Below, piece after piece: positions 1 through 9,795 of a DNA stretch of 64,000 bases. The position numbers and the translations under genes are program-made. Source of the DNA: Patescibacteria group bacterium. GTDB taxonomy: Bacteria > Patescibacteriota > Microgenomatia > UBA10105 > UBA927. The stretch lies in contig JBMOPU010000033.1 of the NCBI GenBank assembly GCA_049322955.1, positions 784-64,783 on the forward strand. The letters run 5' to 3'. The notes beneath the pieces are model-generated. The model worked only from the letters and a program-made list of their open reading frames with translations. It was not told where the DNA came from and did no database searches. The stretch's first letter is position 1. Every line of letters starts with the position of its first letter.

Positions 1-647
1 CCAACTATCTTGCGGCAACGCAAATCGATACCGGCGCCTATATAAACTCGTATCTTCCGAAGCCTTCGGAATCCGATTACAACAACGGGGAAACAATGTA
101 TGCGCTTATCCGAAGTTACGGGCTGACGCGGAAAGAAACCCATCTGCAATCGGTACGAAGGGCGGCGGAGTACGCATTGTCGCATTACGGGAAACAGGAT
201 TTTAATTCGGCGTTTTTCAGTTGGGGTATGGCGGCGTTTGCCTATCTGTATAACACTGAGCCGGAAGACAAGTATTGGGAATTCATGAAGCAAAGCACCG
301 CAAAATATTTTACCGGACGGGGAGACGGATATGAGAAACAGCTGAAAGACTCCAAAGTGCAGACCATTATCCCCGGGTCTTCCGTGTTCCTTGAGGGGAT
401 AACGCACGTCGGTTGGATTGCCCGGGAAAAAGATCCCGTACTTTTCAAAAAATTAAAGGCACACACCCGTGCCATGCTTGAACATCTTTTGCGGTATGAA
501 ATCAACAGCCCGTATGGGATGTACCGATCCGACGCCGAATCAGTGGGGCATGCCGTTTGTTCGCAGGTTTCTTGCGAGACCACCCGCATCGATTTTTCTC
601 AGCACAATATGTCGGCGATGTACCTTTACCTGCTGTTTTTCAAATAG
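1..647 (+). CDS. hypothetical protein, 5'-truncated at window edge (C-terminal ~215 aa present)
   Basis: ORF frame stays open back to position 1 with no stop upstream of the ATG at 96; no recognisable motif. Confidence 0.4.
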   Translation, partial: NYLAATQIDTGAYINSYLPKPSESDYNNGETMYALIRSYGLTRKETHLQSVRRAAEYALSHYGKQDFNSAFFSWGMAAFAYLYNTEPEDKYWEFMKQSTAKYFTGRGDGYEKQLKDSKVQTIIPGSSVFLEGITHVGWIAREKDPVLFKKLKAHTRAMLEHLLRYEINSPYGMYRSDAESVGHAVCSQVSCETTRIDFSQHNMSAMYLYLLFFK

Positions 648-1162
648 TGCAGTGCATCTTTTGTGGGAAGCGAGGTGAGTAACCGCTCCGCTTCCTCATA
701 CGACTTCCATCCGTAGGTGAAAAATTCGTTGCCGAGCGCGTGACCGTCGGGGTGAAAAGCCGAAGCGTCATACGGCAGAAAATACCAGAGATCATAGTGT
801 TTGCGACATATTTGCTTTTCGGGATGCTCGATGACGGTGAGTGTTATCAGCGCAATCGGTGGCAGGTTATTTTTTGCGATGCTCAGTCCCCATTCTTCAT
901 TCGCCTCCCGCACGACAGCGTCTTCGGGAAGTTCATTCGGTTCGATGTGTCCGCCGTTAAACAGCCAAAGATCCGATTTTTTATGATGCCCGATAAATAC
1001 CTGTTTTTTCACAGGGTCAAAGGCGGCAAAATATACGCAAAAATGTGAGAACCGATTTTCCGCACGGGTGAGGTTGCCCCGTCGAATTCTTGCCAAAAAC
1101 TTTTGTTTATCGCCGGCACTCCCTTCCGCCGTGGCGACTCGCTGTCGTAACGCATCCCGCAT
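626..1162 (-). CDS. NUDIX hydrolase
   Basis: Nudix box GGHIEPNELPEDAVVREANEEWG (GX5EX7REUXEEXGU); start chosen at internal Met (MRDALRQR) to avoid a 14-80 nt overlap with the upstream gene; alternatives 1192 or 1258. Confidence 0.65.
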   Translation of the reverse strand: MRDALRQRVATAEGSAGDKQKFLARIRRGNLTRAENRFSHFCVYFAAFDPVKKQVFIGHHKKSDLWLFNGGHIEPNELPEDAVVREANEEWGLSIAKNNLPPIALITLTVIEHPEKQICRKHYDLWYFLPYDASAFHPDGHALGNEFFTYGWKSYEEAERLLTSLPTKDALHYLKNSR

Positions 1163-1178
1163 GGGAGGAGTATAGCAC

Positions 1179-2774
1179 CTACTTTGCGGCATGGATTTTT
1201 TTGTAGATACGAATGGTCGGATGGTCAAATACGGTAAATGTTTCTTCGGTGAATTCATCGGAAAGCTTCCACGGTCCCAGGCGCGGATAGGAAGAAAATT
1301 CGGCTATTTTGGTAAAACCCAACGCCCCCGACGCAAGATCGGTATAAAACCGTGCGGTATCGGGATAGCTATCCTGCAGGCGCATAATTGTATTTTTCAC
1401 TTTCGGGCTTTCAAGGATGATGTACTCCGTTTCGGCGAGACGTTGACGGAGAAGCGAACGTTTTTCAGCAGTGTCCGGGGAATAAAAATTAACGGATGTG
1501 ATTCGGTAGGCGTTATCGCGTAAGGGGACTTGCGAAAATCGCAGAATACTGTTCCACTCCTCAACCAGTATCGATGAAGACGAAGGAACATTTTTTTGAA
1601 GCCATTCTGAAGCGGTAACGGATGTATGCGGCGACAGATATACCGATACATACATCACCCCCAGAATCAGTTGGGTTGCAAGGGTTCCGACACCTATCAC
1701 TTTTCCGATACGATGCCGGTATATCTTGCGGATAACGTATGCCGTAAAAAGCAGGTACATGGGGATGACAGGCGCGATGTATCGGGTAAATTTCAGATAC
1801 GTCCCCGCAAGAAATACCATGTATCCGATACTCCAAAAAATCATCGCGGTGATACTGCCGTTTTTTGGTCTGCGGAACAGCGCATACAGCATGCCGAATA
1901 TTCCCATTGCAAACGGTATGCCCAGGGCGATGGGGAGCGTTTTAAGCCAGAACAACGGCGTACTGTCAAAAAATTGTCGCGTCCAGTCCATCGGCAATCT
2001 TCCCGAAACCACATCGGCAAGGTATCGGGAACGCTCGGCATACCCCGCAAAATCGATAAATGAGTAGGGGGAAAAGACAAAGAAAGCCGTCAGGCTTATT
2101 GTCCCCAAGGTGATACTCATCCGTATCAATTGCGGGAGGTTTTTGTTCGAAAAAACGAACGATAAAATCGCAAGCGGATAAAGAAGATATGCGGTGTTTT
2201 TTGTTGCCAGCAATATACCCAACGTTACCCCGGCGGGCACGACCGATATATGTGAGCCGTGTTTTGCGCTACGGATCAACAGCGTCATGAGGAGCGGAAT
2301 AAAAAACAAAAGAATATTTTCGGTGGTATAAAAATGGGAAAGTTGGATAAGAAGCGGGGTAAATGTTCCCAAAAACGCCGCCATGAGTCCCGTCTCTTTT
2401 GACCACAAAGATTTGCCGATCGTATACACGCCGATGAGTGACAAAGTAGAAAGGATGGCTGATAAATATCTTCCCGTAATCGTGACACCTTCGGCGGTTT
2501 GTGACCAATAGGCGTTTCCCGAGAGTGTGGCGACGCCTGCCGACCACAGTGCGAGCAAATAGACGGAAAACCCGTTGTAGTCATGAAAGCCGGGGAAAAG
2601 ACTGCCCGTAGAGCGGAGGTGAAGGACTCCGTTGACGATCAGTGCCTCATCGGGATGAATCCTTGCCCCGTTATCCCAATCAGGAGACACACTGCGGAGA
2701 AAAAATCCCACCAGCAAAAGAAGCAGGAGCGTGCCGTGAGTGCGGAGAAACCGCATGCTGTGCGTGTCACGCAT
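1179..2774 (-). CDS. GT-C fold membrane glycosyltransferase (ArnT/PMT, GT39/GT83-like)
   Basis: 531 aa, more than 10 predicted TM helices; N-terminal loop with HPDE motif typical of the ArnT/PMT_2 family. Confidence 0.5.
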   Translation of the reverse strand: MRDTHSMRFLRTHGTLLLLLLVGFFLRSVSPDWDNGARIHPDEALIVNGVLHLRSTGSLFPGFHDYNGFSVYLLALWSAGVATLSGNAYWSQTAEGVTITGRYLSAILSTLSLIGVYTIGKSLWSKETGLMAAFLGTFTPLLIQLSHFYTTENILLFFIPLLMTLLIRSAKHGSHISVVPAGVTLGILLATKNTAYLLYPLAILSFVFSNKNLPQLIRMSITLGTISLTAFFVFSPYSFIDFAGYAERSRYLADVVSGRLPMDWTRQFFDSTPLFWLKTLPIALGIPFAMGIFGMLYALFRRPKNGSITAMIFWSIGYMVFLAGTYLKFTRYIAPVIPMYLLFTAYVIRKIYRHRIGKVIGVGTLATQLILGVMYVSVYLSPHTSVTASEWLQKNVPSSSSILVEEWNSILRFSQVPLRDNAYRITSVNFYSPDTAEKRSLLRQRLAETEYIILESPKVKNTIMRLQDSYPDTARFYTDLASGALGFTKIAEFSSYPRLGPWKLSDEFTEETFTVFDHPTIRIYKKIHAAK

Positions 2775-2788
2775 GGGAGGAAAAAAGC

Positions 2789-3205
2789 TTAGATTTTTAT
2801 ACGATATCGCTTGACGTTCATCTTACCCGATTTGAGCTGTGTTTCGATTAAGAGCGTTGCGTTTTGTATGCCGCGATGCGGTGTACATACGCCGTGACTG
2901 CAGGTGCCGAAATATAGATCACGGGAGTCCGTGGTTCCCGCGGGGGTAATTGAACCGACCGCTCCCTGTTCTATCCCGTTTGCGGTATAGGAGAGCGTAT
3001 AGGTGACGCGGGAAACACTTCCCAAATTGATAAACGTCACGACGACGCTGTTTGTTGCCCGTGAAAGCCGTGCTTTCGAGTAGCCGCTTGCGGAAGATAC
3101 GACGGCTGATTTGGCACCACCGCGGACGCGCGGTTTTGCGGCAAGCACGGGGGTAACTGCGGCACCGAATACAACGGTAAGAAGAAATATTGTGATTGCT
3201 TTCAT
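2789..3205 (-). CDS. small secreted hypothetical protein
   Basis: N-terminal signal peptide MKAITIFLLTVVFGAAVTPVLAA; 138 aa; no known motif. Confidence 0.4.
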   Translation of the reverse strand: MKAITIFLLTVVFGAAVTPVLAAKPRVRGGAKSAVVSSASGYSKARLSRATNSVVVTFINLGSVSRVTYTLSYTANGIEQGAVGSITPAGTTDSRDLYFGTCSHGVCTPHRGIQNATLLIETQLKSGKMNVKRYRIKI

Positions 3206-3252
3206 ATGCCGATTATAGCAAGAACAATCGTCGCATGATACACTTTGGGCAT

Positions 3253-3891
3253 ATGAAGCGACCGATTGTTATCATTCTTGTTGCGGGTATACTTTTGGGC
3301 GGTTTGGGCGGGGGAGCGTATCTGTTTTTTTCGCGCACCGGAGGAACAAAAACACCCAACCTTATCGCGGCTAACCCGACGCCGACTCCCGTACCGACAC
3401 TTATTTCATGGGATGACCCCGCCGGTTTCAGCATAAAGTATCCCGACACGTTGACACTCAACAAACACGACGAGGATAAGGAAAATTACGCGCATCTTGA
3501 ATTTACCCATCCGTCGCATCCCGGGAGTGTCGTCGTTTTGGTCAAGGATCTCCCCAAGGGGGTAACCGATACGATTTCCTGGGGAAAAAAAGCATCTACC
3601 CCTTCATCGGCAATATCATTCGACACCGTGATAAATGAAAAACCCGCACAGAAAATCCTGGTTTCGTCGCCGGTAAAAACCGTAACGACGGGTATCGTGT
3701 ATGACGGAGTGCTTTGGTATATCGAAGCCACACTTACCGATGATGCGTTCTGGCAACCCATATACGACGGTATGCTCAATGACTTTACCTTTACGCCGCT
3801 GACCGGTTCCGGTTCGGAAAGCGATTCCGGTGCCGGGGTGCCCGCCAGCGGGGATGCCGCTTCGTACGACGAGGAAGAGGTGTTGGAATAA
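3253..3891 (+). CDS. membrane-anchored hypothetical protein with acidic C-terminus
   Basis: MKRPIVIILVAGILLGG N-terminal TM; Pro/Thr linker; D/E-rich tail; alternative start 3235. Confidence 0.4.
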   Translation: MKRPIVIILVAGILLGGLGGGAYLFFSRTGGTKTPNLIAANPTPTPVPTLISWDDPAGFSIKYPDTLTLNKHDEDKENYAHLEFTHPSHPGSVVVLVKDLPKGVTDTISWGKKASTPSSAISFDTVINEKPAQKILVSSPVKTVTTGIVYDGVLWYIEATLTDDAFWQPIYDGMLNDFTFTPLTGSGSESDSGAGVPASGDAASYDEEEVLE

Positions 3892-4080
3892 GAGACATTT
3901 CTGTTTGCATATAGCCTTTCCTAGCCTGATAAACTGGCATAAACCATGGGAAATATGCTATACTTCCCCTTGTCCTGGGAACAAAGTGGTGACGACGTCA
4001 AGTGTTTAGAGAGTCCTCTAGTTGATTTCTCTTAGGCAGAGACAGTCTCCTTCAAGACCTAAGGGGAAAGGAAATCCAAT

Positions 4081-4347
4081 ATGGCTATCAACTTATTCGT
4101 AGGAAATCTTCCCTACAGCATGACCAATGATGACTTGGCACAAACATTTGCCCAAGCCGGAACCGTCGTGTCTGCAAAAGTCATTTCCGACAAATACTCA
4201 GGCCGCTCACGCGGTTTTGGATTTGTCGAAATGAGTAGCGATGAAGAAAGCAAAAAAGCGATTGAGATGTTCAACGGTAAGGATGTCAATGGACGTCCGT
4301 TAGTCGTTAATGAAGCTCGACCTCGCGAAGAACGCCCACGACAGTAA
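4081..4347 (+). CDS. RRM-type RNA-binding protein (Rbp family)
   Basis: RNP-2 LFVGNLPY and RNP-1 RGFGFVEM; 88 aa; preceded by a ~190 nt untranslated leader. Confidence 0.8.
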   Translation: MAINLFVGNLPYSMTNDDLAQTFAQAGTVVSAKVISDKYSGRSRGFGFVEMSSDEESKKAIEMFNGKDVNGRPLVVNEARPREERPRQ

Positions 4348-4370
4348 TCTGAAACGAAGCGTATAAATTA

Positions 4371-4401
4371 CCCAGTCTCGCTCCGGCGGGACTGGGTTTT
4401 T
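4371..4401 (+). terminator. rho-independent terminator after the rbp gene
   Basis: cccagtc-tcgctccggcg-gactggg hairpin followed by TTTTT. Confidence 0.6.
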
Positions 4402-4428
4402 GGTACCTTTTGCATAGTATGATATAGT
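4400..4428 (+). promoter_or_regulatory. candidate sigma70 promoter for the cupredoxin-like gene
   Basis: TTGGTA, 17 nt spacer, TATAGT; AGGAGG RBS at 4435-4440; ATG at 4451. Confidence 0.3.
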
Positions 4429-4450
4429 CTACGCAGGAGGAACTGAATAT

Positions 4451-4924
4451 ATGAATAAGATACTTGTAGGATTTGTCGTTGTTATCGTCGGGGGCTTGGT
4501 CGGTTGGTATCTGTTTCGCGGGGATGTGAAACTTCCCGGCATGCAGATTGCCCCCAATACGGTTACCCCTGCTCCTACGGGAACGGATTCGAACGTCGTT
4601 ATTACCGAAGAATCGCCCGTATCAGGTAACAGTAAGGGAGGAGTGGCAACCGAAGTGACGGTTACCTATACCGACAACGGATACTCACCGGCTACGATTA
4701 CCGTAAAAAAGGGTACCAAAGTGACATTCAAGAATGAAAGTGCCAATGCAATGTGGACGGCATCAGGCGTGCATCCCACGCATCAGTTGTTGCCAGGATT
4801 CGATCAACTCAAAAGTGTTGCAAAAGGCGGCATGTATGAGTATGTGTTTTCCAAAATCGGTACCTGGAAGTATCATAACCACGTCAATCCTACCGATGGC
4901 GGTACGGTGGTGGTAACTGACTAA
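4451..4924 (+). CDS. membrane-anchored cupredoxin-fold protein (plastocyanin/EfeO-like)
   Basis: N-terminal TM; C-terminal ~90 aa beta-sandwich pattern TITVKKGTKVTFKN...WKYHNHVNP...GGTVVV; no Cys, so probably not a blue copper centre. Confidence 0.5.
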   Translation: MNKILVGFVVVIVGGLVGWYLFRGDVKLPGMQIAPNTVTPAPTGTDSNVVITEESPVSGNSKGGVATEVTVTYTDNGYSPATITVKKGTKVTFKNESANAMWTASGVHPTHQLLPGFDQLKSVAKGGMYEYVFSKIGTWKYHNHVNPTDGGTVVVTD

Positions 4925-4942
4925 TCGGCAATTGTTCAAATG

Positions 4943-4971
4943 CCCTCGCCGCGTATGCGGCGGGGGTTTTT
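4943..4971. terminator. bidirectional terminator between convergent cupredoxin and PBP genes
   Basis: ccctcgccgc-gtat-gcggcggggg hairpin followed by TTTTT. Confidence 0.55.
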
Positions 4972-4976
4972 GCATG

Positions 4977-7472
4977 TTACGGGGTGGGAGTCGGTGTTTG
5001 GGTGGGGATTGCGGCACATCTGCCGCCTGCCGGTTCGGTGCCGCTTATGAAGTATTCGATTTTTCCGAAGTAACAGGGAAGTGAAACGATGGTGTCGGGC
5101 TTGGGCTGAATTTCATCGGGATGCCCTTTCAACAATTCCACCATAAGATCATGCCAGATAGGAGCGGCTCCCGTGATTCCCGACGTAAGGTAGGGGTTCA
5201 TGGGGGAGTTATCATTATTACCGACCCATACCACGGTGACGTACGACGGCGTGTATCCAACGGTCCAATTATCCCGTTTGTCGTTGGTTGTCCCCGTTTT
5301 GACGGATACGGTATGACCGGGAATCACGAGTGAAGAATTCGGTCCGAACGCCTGCGTACGTGCGGCATTGTCGGAAAGTATGTTTGAGATAATCCAAGCG
5401 ACTTCGGGTTTAACAGCATCGGTCGTTTTGCTCGGCCGATTATCCTTGAGCACTCTTCCGGTATAGTCGGTGACTTGCAGGATAGGTCGCAATTCCTGAA
5501 GCTTCCCCATGTTGGCAAGACTCCCATACACGTTTGCCATCTCAAGCATCGTCACATCACCGCCGCCGAGCGCAAGCGACAACCCGTAACGACCAGGGTC
5601 GTTGCTCCAGGAGCGGATGCCCATGCGTTCGGCTTTTTCAAGCATGGCGGGTACTCCGATTGCGGCGAGGGTTTTGACGGCGGGAATGTTATAGGAATTT
5701 CCCAGCGCATACCGAAGCGGTACCGGACCATGAAATGTGCCGTCATAATTAACCGGCGCATATGGGGGACTTCCCGCATTTTGATAAACGATCGGCGCAT
5801 CATTGATGATTGTGGCGGCAGTCATACCGGTTTCCAATGCCGCCGCATACGGAATCACTTTAATGGAAGAACCCGGTTGTTGGTAGGCGGTCGTCACGTT
5901 AACGTTTCCGTCGCGACCGGTATCAAAGTAATCGCGGCTTCCCACCATCGCAAGAATATCACCGCTTCTGGGGTTGGTAATAAGTGCCGCACCGTTGCCC
6001 ACTTGGAGGGAGGCGAGATTGTCGATGTGCGTTTTGACGATTTCTTCCGCTTTTTCCTGTATGGAAAGATCAAGTGAGGTGATCACCCGTAACCCGCCCC
6101 GCTCAAGCATGCGGGGTCCGTACGTCTTTTCAAGAAGATCCTTTATATACATGACAAAGTGCGGTGCCCTGATGCCGATTCTCGGTTGCGCAAACTGAAT
6201 GGGAGCTTTGAGTGCCTGCTCCTTCTGTTCCTGGGTGATGTAGCCGTCAATTTGCATGCGTTCCAATACTTCTTTCTGACGGACGATGGCTTTTTCCGGA
6301 TGACTGCCGAACGGAGAGTACTCACTGGGCGCGGCGGGAAGTCCCGCCAGAAGCGCCGCCTCGGCAAGCGTCAGCTGGGTCACCGACTTACGGAAGTAAG
6401 TTTGCGCGGCGGATTCGATCCCCCAAGCCGTTCCGCCGTATGGCACCTGGTTTAAGTACATTTCAAAAATCTGATCCTTCGAAAACAACCGCTCGGCCCA
6501 AAATGCGAGAATAATTTCCTTTGTCTTTCGGATTATCGTGACTTCGGGGGTGAGGAGAGCCGATTTGATGAGTTGCTGGGTGATGGTGGAGCCGCCTTGA
6601 ATTTGTTTGTTGATGACGATTTCCGAAGCCGCCCGAAGAATACCGCGCAGTGAAAAGCCCGGATGATAATAAAAGTCGTGATCTTCAATGGCGATCGTCG
6701 CCTGTTTGACCACGAGCGGAATGTCTTCTAATTTGACCGGCGTTCTGTTTTGGTCAACATATATCTCATACAACAGTTGTCCGTTACGGTCCATGATTTT
6801 CGTGCTGACTTCCAGGTCACGTTGGGTTAATAATTGCGGATTGGGGAGCGACTTAAGGAATAGCCACGTGTTATACGGAACAAAAATAAAAATAAGCGTC
6901 AACACGACGCCTCCTGCAAATGACTTTATTTGACTCAACGGTGAGGGAGTATCGAGCACGGTGGCGATATGGGTGCGTTCGATCGGCTTTTCTTTTTGCG
7001 GAGGTGCTTCTTTCCGTTTCGGCAGAGCGATATGCGGCAGTGGGAAGTCGGGCACTCGGAGGTGCGGAGTCCGAAACTTCGGTATCGTAAATCTTGGAAA
7101 CCGGAATTCCCGGATATTGCTTACAAACGACTGCAAGCGGGTATCAAACCAGGGAGAAAATTTATCGAATGAAAGCGTGTTTCGGGTAGGTCGTGCCGTT
7201 TTGCCTTTTGCCCGTTTTTTGTCCCGTTTTTCCGCGATCCAATTCACCGCACTTTTATGTGTTTCCGAGAGTATCCGACCTGCTCCGGCGATAATCTTCA
7301 ACGGGAGAATGATCACAAACCAGACGATCGTGCGAAGGGTGTTTCCGATAGTAATCAGCAAGAGGATACAATACAGAACAAATTGCGCCGCGGGATTCAT
7401 GGTTTGATCGTCGGGGGATGATTGTCTGCGGCGCGCCATAGCGCCGTTTTTTATACCACGTCTTCGGGTCAC
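4977..7472 (-). CDS. class A penicillin-binding protein (PBP1A; transglycosylase plus transpeptidase) with long basic N-terminal extension
   Basis: GT51 motifs EDHDFYYHPG and RGGSTITQQL; transpeptidase SxxK (GSSIK), SxN, KTGT; ~190 aa Arg/Lys-rich extension before the TM anchor. Confidence 0.85.
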   Translation of the reverse strand: MTRRRGIKNGAMARRRQSSPDDQTMNPAAQFVLYCILLLITIGNTLRTIVWFVIILPLKIIAGAGRILSETHKSAVNWIAEKRDKKRAKGKTARPTRNTLSFDKFSPWFDTRLQSFVSNIREFRFPRFTIPKFRTPHLRVPDFPLPHIALPKRKEAPPQKEKPIERTHIATVLDTPSPLSQIKSFAGGVVLTLIFIFVPYNTWLFLKSLPNPQLLTQRDLEVSTKIMDRNGQLLYEIYVDQNRTPVKLEDIPLVVKQATIAIEDHDFYYHPGFSLRGILRAASEIVINKQIQGGSTITQQLIKSALLTPEVTIIRKTKEIILAFWAERLFSKDQIFEMYLNQVPYGGTAWGIESAAQTYFRKSVTQLTLAEAALLAGLPAAPSEYSPFGSHPEKAIVRQKEVLERMQIDGYITQEQKEQALKAPIQFAQPRIGIRAPHFVMYIKDLLEKTYGPRMLERGGLRVITSLDLSIQEKAEEIVKTHIDNLASLQVGNGAALITNPRSGDILAMVGSRDYFDTGRDGNVNVTTAYQQPGSSIKVIPYAAALETGMTAATIINDAPIVYQNAGSPPYAPVNYDGTFHGPVPLRYALGNSYNIPAVKTLAAIGVPAMLEKAERMGIRSWSNDPGRYGLSLALGGGDVTMLEMANVYGSLANMGKLQELRPILQVTDYTGRVLKDNRPSKTTDAVKPEVAWIISNILSDNAARTQAFGPNSSLVIPGHTVSVKTGTTNDKRDNWTVGYTPSYVTVVWVGNNDNSPMNPYLTSGITGAAPIWHDLMVELLKGHPDEIQPKPDTIVSLPCYFGKIEYFISGTEPAGGRCAAIPTQTPTPTP

Positions 7473-7515
7473 TCGACAAGAGGGGATTATCCTGCGGTAC
7501 TTTTGAACCGGTCCG

Positions 7516-9756
7516 TTATTTGACGATTGCCGCTTTTCCTTCGGGGTGCGTGCAGTCGAGACACCATCTCGTAACGCCGTCCCAGGCGATATCGTGTTCC
7601 TGCATTTCTACGTTTTCCGTCTGTCCCGCCGGGGCCAGGTCGCCGGTTGTCTTGTCGATCGGAACAACCTGTCTGCTACTGCCGCTTTTTGCGACGGTAC
7701 CTTTGATAAAGTATTCAAATCGCGTCGGACATCCGAGCGCATCATCGGGTTTATTGGATGCTTCCTGTTCGTTTTGGGAGCCGCCCGCGTTGGGGGGTAA
7801 CAGTCCGTTTGTGGTGCAGACTCTTCCGCCGACGACACCGTCCGGCTGTTTCGGCCAGATATCCGGCTTTCCCTCAAGCACCCTTCGCATGAGTTTATTC
7901 CAGATGGGAGCGGCACCCGTAATACCGGACACCAATGCGCTGTTCATGGGAGAATTGTCATTGTTGCCGACCCACGTGGCGACGAGGAACTGCGGCGTAA
8001 ATCCGATGGTCCAGTTATCCCTGAGGTCATTGGTGGTACCGGTTTTTACCGATACCGCACGATTCGGAATAACAAGCGCCGAGCTGGGACCGAATGCTTC
8101 CTGTCTCGCGTTGTTGTCGAGAAGGATATGGGAGATCAGAAATGCCGTTTCCGGCGAAACGACCCGCTGTCCGGTGAGCAGTAATTGTGACGGGATATCT
8201 TTCCCGACATTCGGATCGGTATATTCTTCAAGCACCTTCCCGTTTTTGTCGACGACTTTGAGAATCGATACCAAATCATGTCTGATGCCTGCATTGGCAA
8301 ATACGGAAAATGCCTCGGCCATATCCGTCATGCGGACCTCTCCTCCCCCCAGGGTGAGGGATAACCCGTATTTTGACGGGTCTGCAAGCGTATCGAGTCC
8401 GAACGCGGATGCCGATGCAACCATGCCCTGAACGGTGTTGAGGTACAACATTTTTACGGCGGGGATGTTCAGCGAGTTGCCGAGCGCAAACCGGAGTTGA
8501 ACGGGACCGCGGAATTTTCCGTCGTAGTTGCGCGGGCAATACAACGGTTGTCCCGGAGTACCGATAAAACAGGTGGGAACATCAAGAAACATCGTGGCGG
8601 GGGTAACGACTTTATTTTCAATGCCGATCGCGTAGTTTATCGGTTTGATTGACGAGCCGGGTTGGCGGAGCGCGGTCGTGACGTTAAATGATCCCGAGGG
8701 GGTCGCGAAATAATCGGTTGAACCGACCATCGCAAGAATTTCGCCGGTTGACGGTTTCGTTATGAGTGCCGCTCCGTTGCCGACACGGATATTTTTCAGC
8801 TTCGCCACTTCCGCGGCAACCGTCGCCTGCGCATAATTCTGCAGATCAAGATCAAGCGTCGTCGTTACTTTCAGTCCGCCGCGTTCGACAAGACTTTCTC
8901 CGTATTTTTCCACCAGTTGTTCTTTGACATACATGACAAAGTGTGCCGCCTGAATGCCTGCTTCCTGTTTGTATTCGATCGGTTCATTGGCCGCTTCTTC
9001 CGCCTGTTCCCGGGTGATATAGCCGTCTTCCACCATGCGATGGAGCACTTCCTTCTGACGTTCCTTGGCAAGTTCGGGATGCGCACCGTACGGCGAATAC
9101 AGCGTCGGTGCCTGCGGAAGTCCCGCAAGAATCGCGGCCTGTGCAAGCGTGACATCCTTTATGGAAACACCGAAGTATTTTTCCGCGGCGGTTTCAATTC
9201 CCCATGCGGTTCCTCCGTACGGCACCGTGTTCAAATACATTTCCAGGATTTTATCCTTGGAATACAAAAGCTCAACGGTCGGGGCAAGAAGAAACTCCTT
9301 GAGTTTTCGTGTGACGGTTCGTTCAGGTGTGAGGAGGGCGGATTTCACCAGTTGTTGGGTGATCGTGGAACCTCCCTGCAGTTTTTTATTGAGCACCGAA
9401 GCGTAGAGTGCTCTGATGATGCCTCCCACGGGATTGATCCCCGCATGGGTATAAAATGTTTTATCTTCTATGGCGATGGTTGCGTTGCGGACAACTTCAG
9501 GAATGTCGGAAAGCGGTACGGGCGATCTGTTTTCACCCACAAAAATATCGAAGAGAAGATTACCGTTCCTGTCATAGACTTTGGTTGCAAGCGGCACATC
9601 ATACCGACCCAGTTTGGCAGGTGAGGGGAGATCCCGTAATATGAACCAATAGAATAGTCCGATAAAGAGTGCCGGGAAAATCCAAAACACAAACTTTTTA
9701 TGTTTGGTAATATATTTTTTACCCGCCGTAAGCGCTTTAAGTCTAGGAAAGGCCAT
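7516..9756 (-). CDS. class A penicillin-binding protein (PBP1A paralog) with Cys-containing C-terminal tail
   Basis: GT51 motifs EDKTFYTHAG and QGGSTITQQL; GSSIKP, KTGTT; C-terminal WCLDCTHPEGK. Confidence 0.85.
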   Translation of the reverse strand: MAFPRLKALTAGKKYITKHKKFVFWIFPALFIGLFYWFILRDLPSPAKLGRYDVPLATKVYDRNGNLLFDIFVGENRSPVPLSDIPEVVRNATIAIEDKTFYTHAGINPVGGIIRALYASVLNKKLQGGSTITQQLVKSALLTPERTVTRKLKEFLLAPTVELLYSKDKILEMYLNTVPYGGTAWGIETAAEKYFGVSIKDVTLAQAAILAGLPQAPTLYSPYGAHPELAKERQKEVLHRMVEDGYITREQAEEAANEPIEYKQEAGIQAAHFVMYVKEQLVEKYGESLVERGGLKVTTTLDLDLQNYAQATVAAEVAKLKNIRVGNGAALITKPSTGEILAMVGSTDYFATPSGSFNVTTALRQPGSSIKPINYAIGIENKVVTPATMFLDVPTCFIGTPGQPLYCPRNYDGKFRGPVQLRFALGNSLNIPAVKMLYLNTVQGMVASASAFGLDTLADPSKYGLSLTLGGGEVRMTDMAEAFSVFANAGIRHDLVSILKVVDKNGKVLEEYTDPNVGKDIPSQLLLTGQRVVSPETAFLISHILLDNNARQEAFGPSSALVIPNRAVSVKTGTTNDLRDNWTIGFTPQFLVATWVGNNDNSPMNSALVSGITGAAPIWNKLMRRVLEGKPDIWPKQPDGVVGGRVCTTNGLLPPNAGGSQNEQEASNKPDDALGCPTRFEYFIKGTVAKSGSSRQVVPIDKTTGDLAPAGQTENVEMQEHDIAWDGVTRWCLDCTHPEGKAAIVK

Positions 9757-9795
9757 GGGGACATTATATAATAAGTAAAGAAGGAGACTCTACTT

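Noticed and set aside
2583-2851. Small plus-strand ORFs 2583..2792 and 2642..2851
   Set aside because: They overlap the 5' end of the GT-C gene and the intergenic region, are low-complexity and basic with no RBS, and are likely spurious.
4451-4924. Blue-copper (type 1 Cu) protein call for the cupredoxin-like ORF
   Set aside because: No cysteine and no His-Cys-His-Met ligand set; only the fold-level pattern is supported, so I kept it as cupredoxin-like.
5475-6077. Long plus-strand ORFs (5475..6077, 5974..6198, 6159..6455, 6961..7407, 7520..8431, 8917..9624) antisense to the PBP genes
   Set aside because: They are shadow ORFs inside two strongly supported PBP1A genes on the opposite strand, with no motifs and GC-rich antisense composition.
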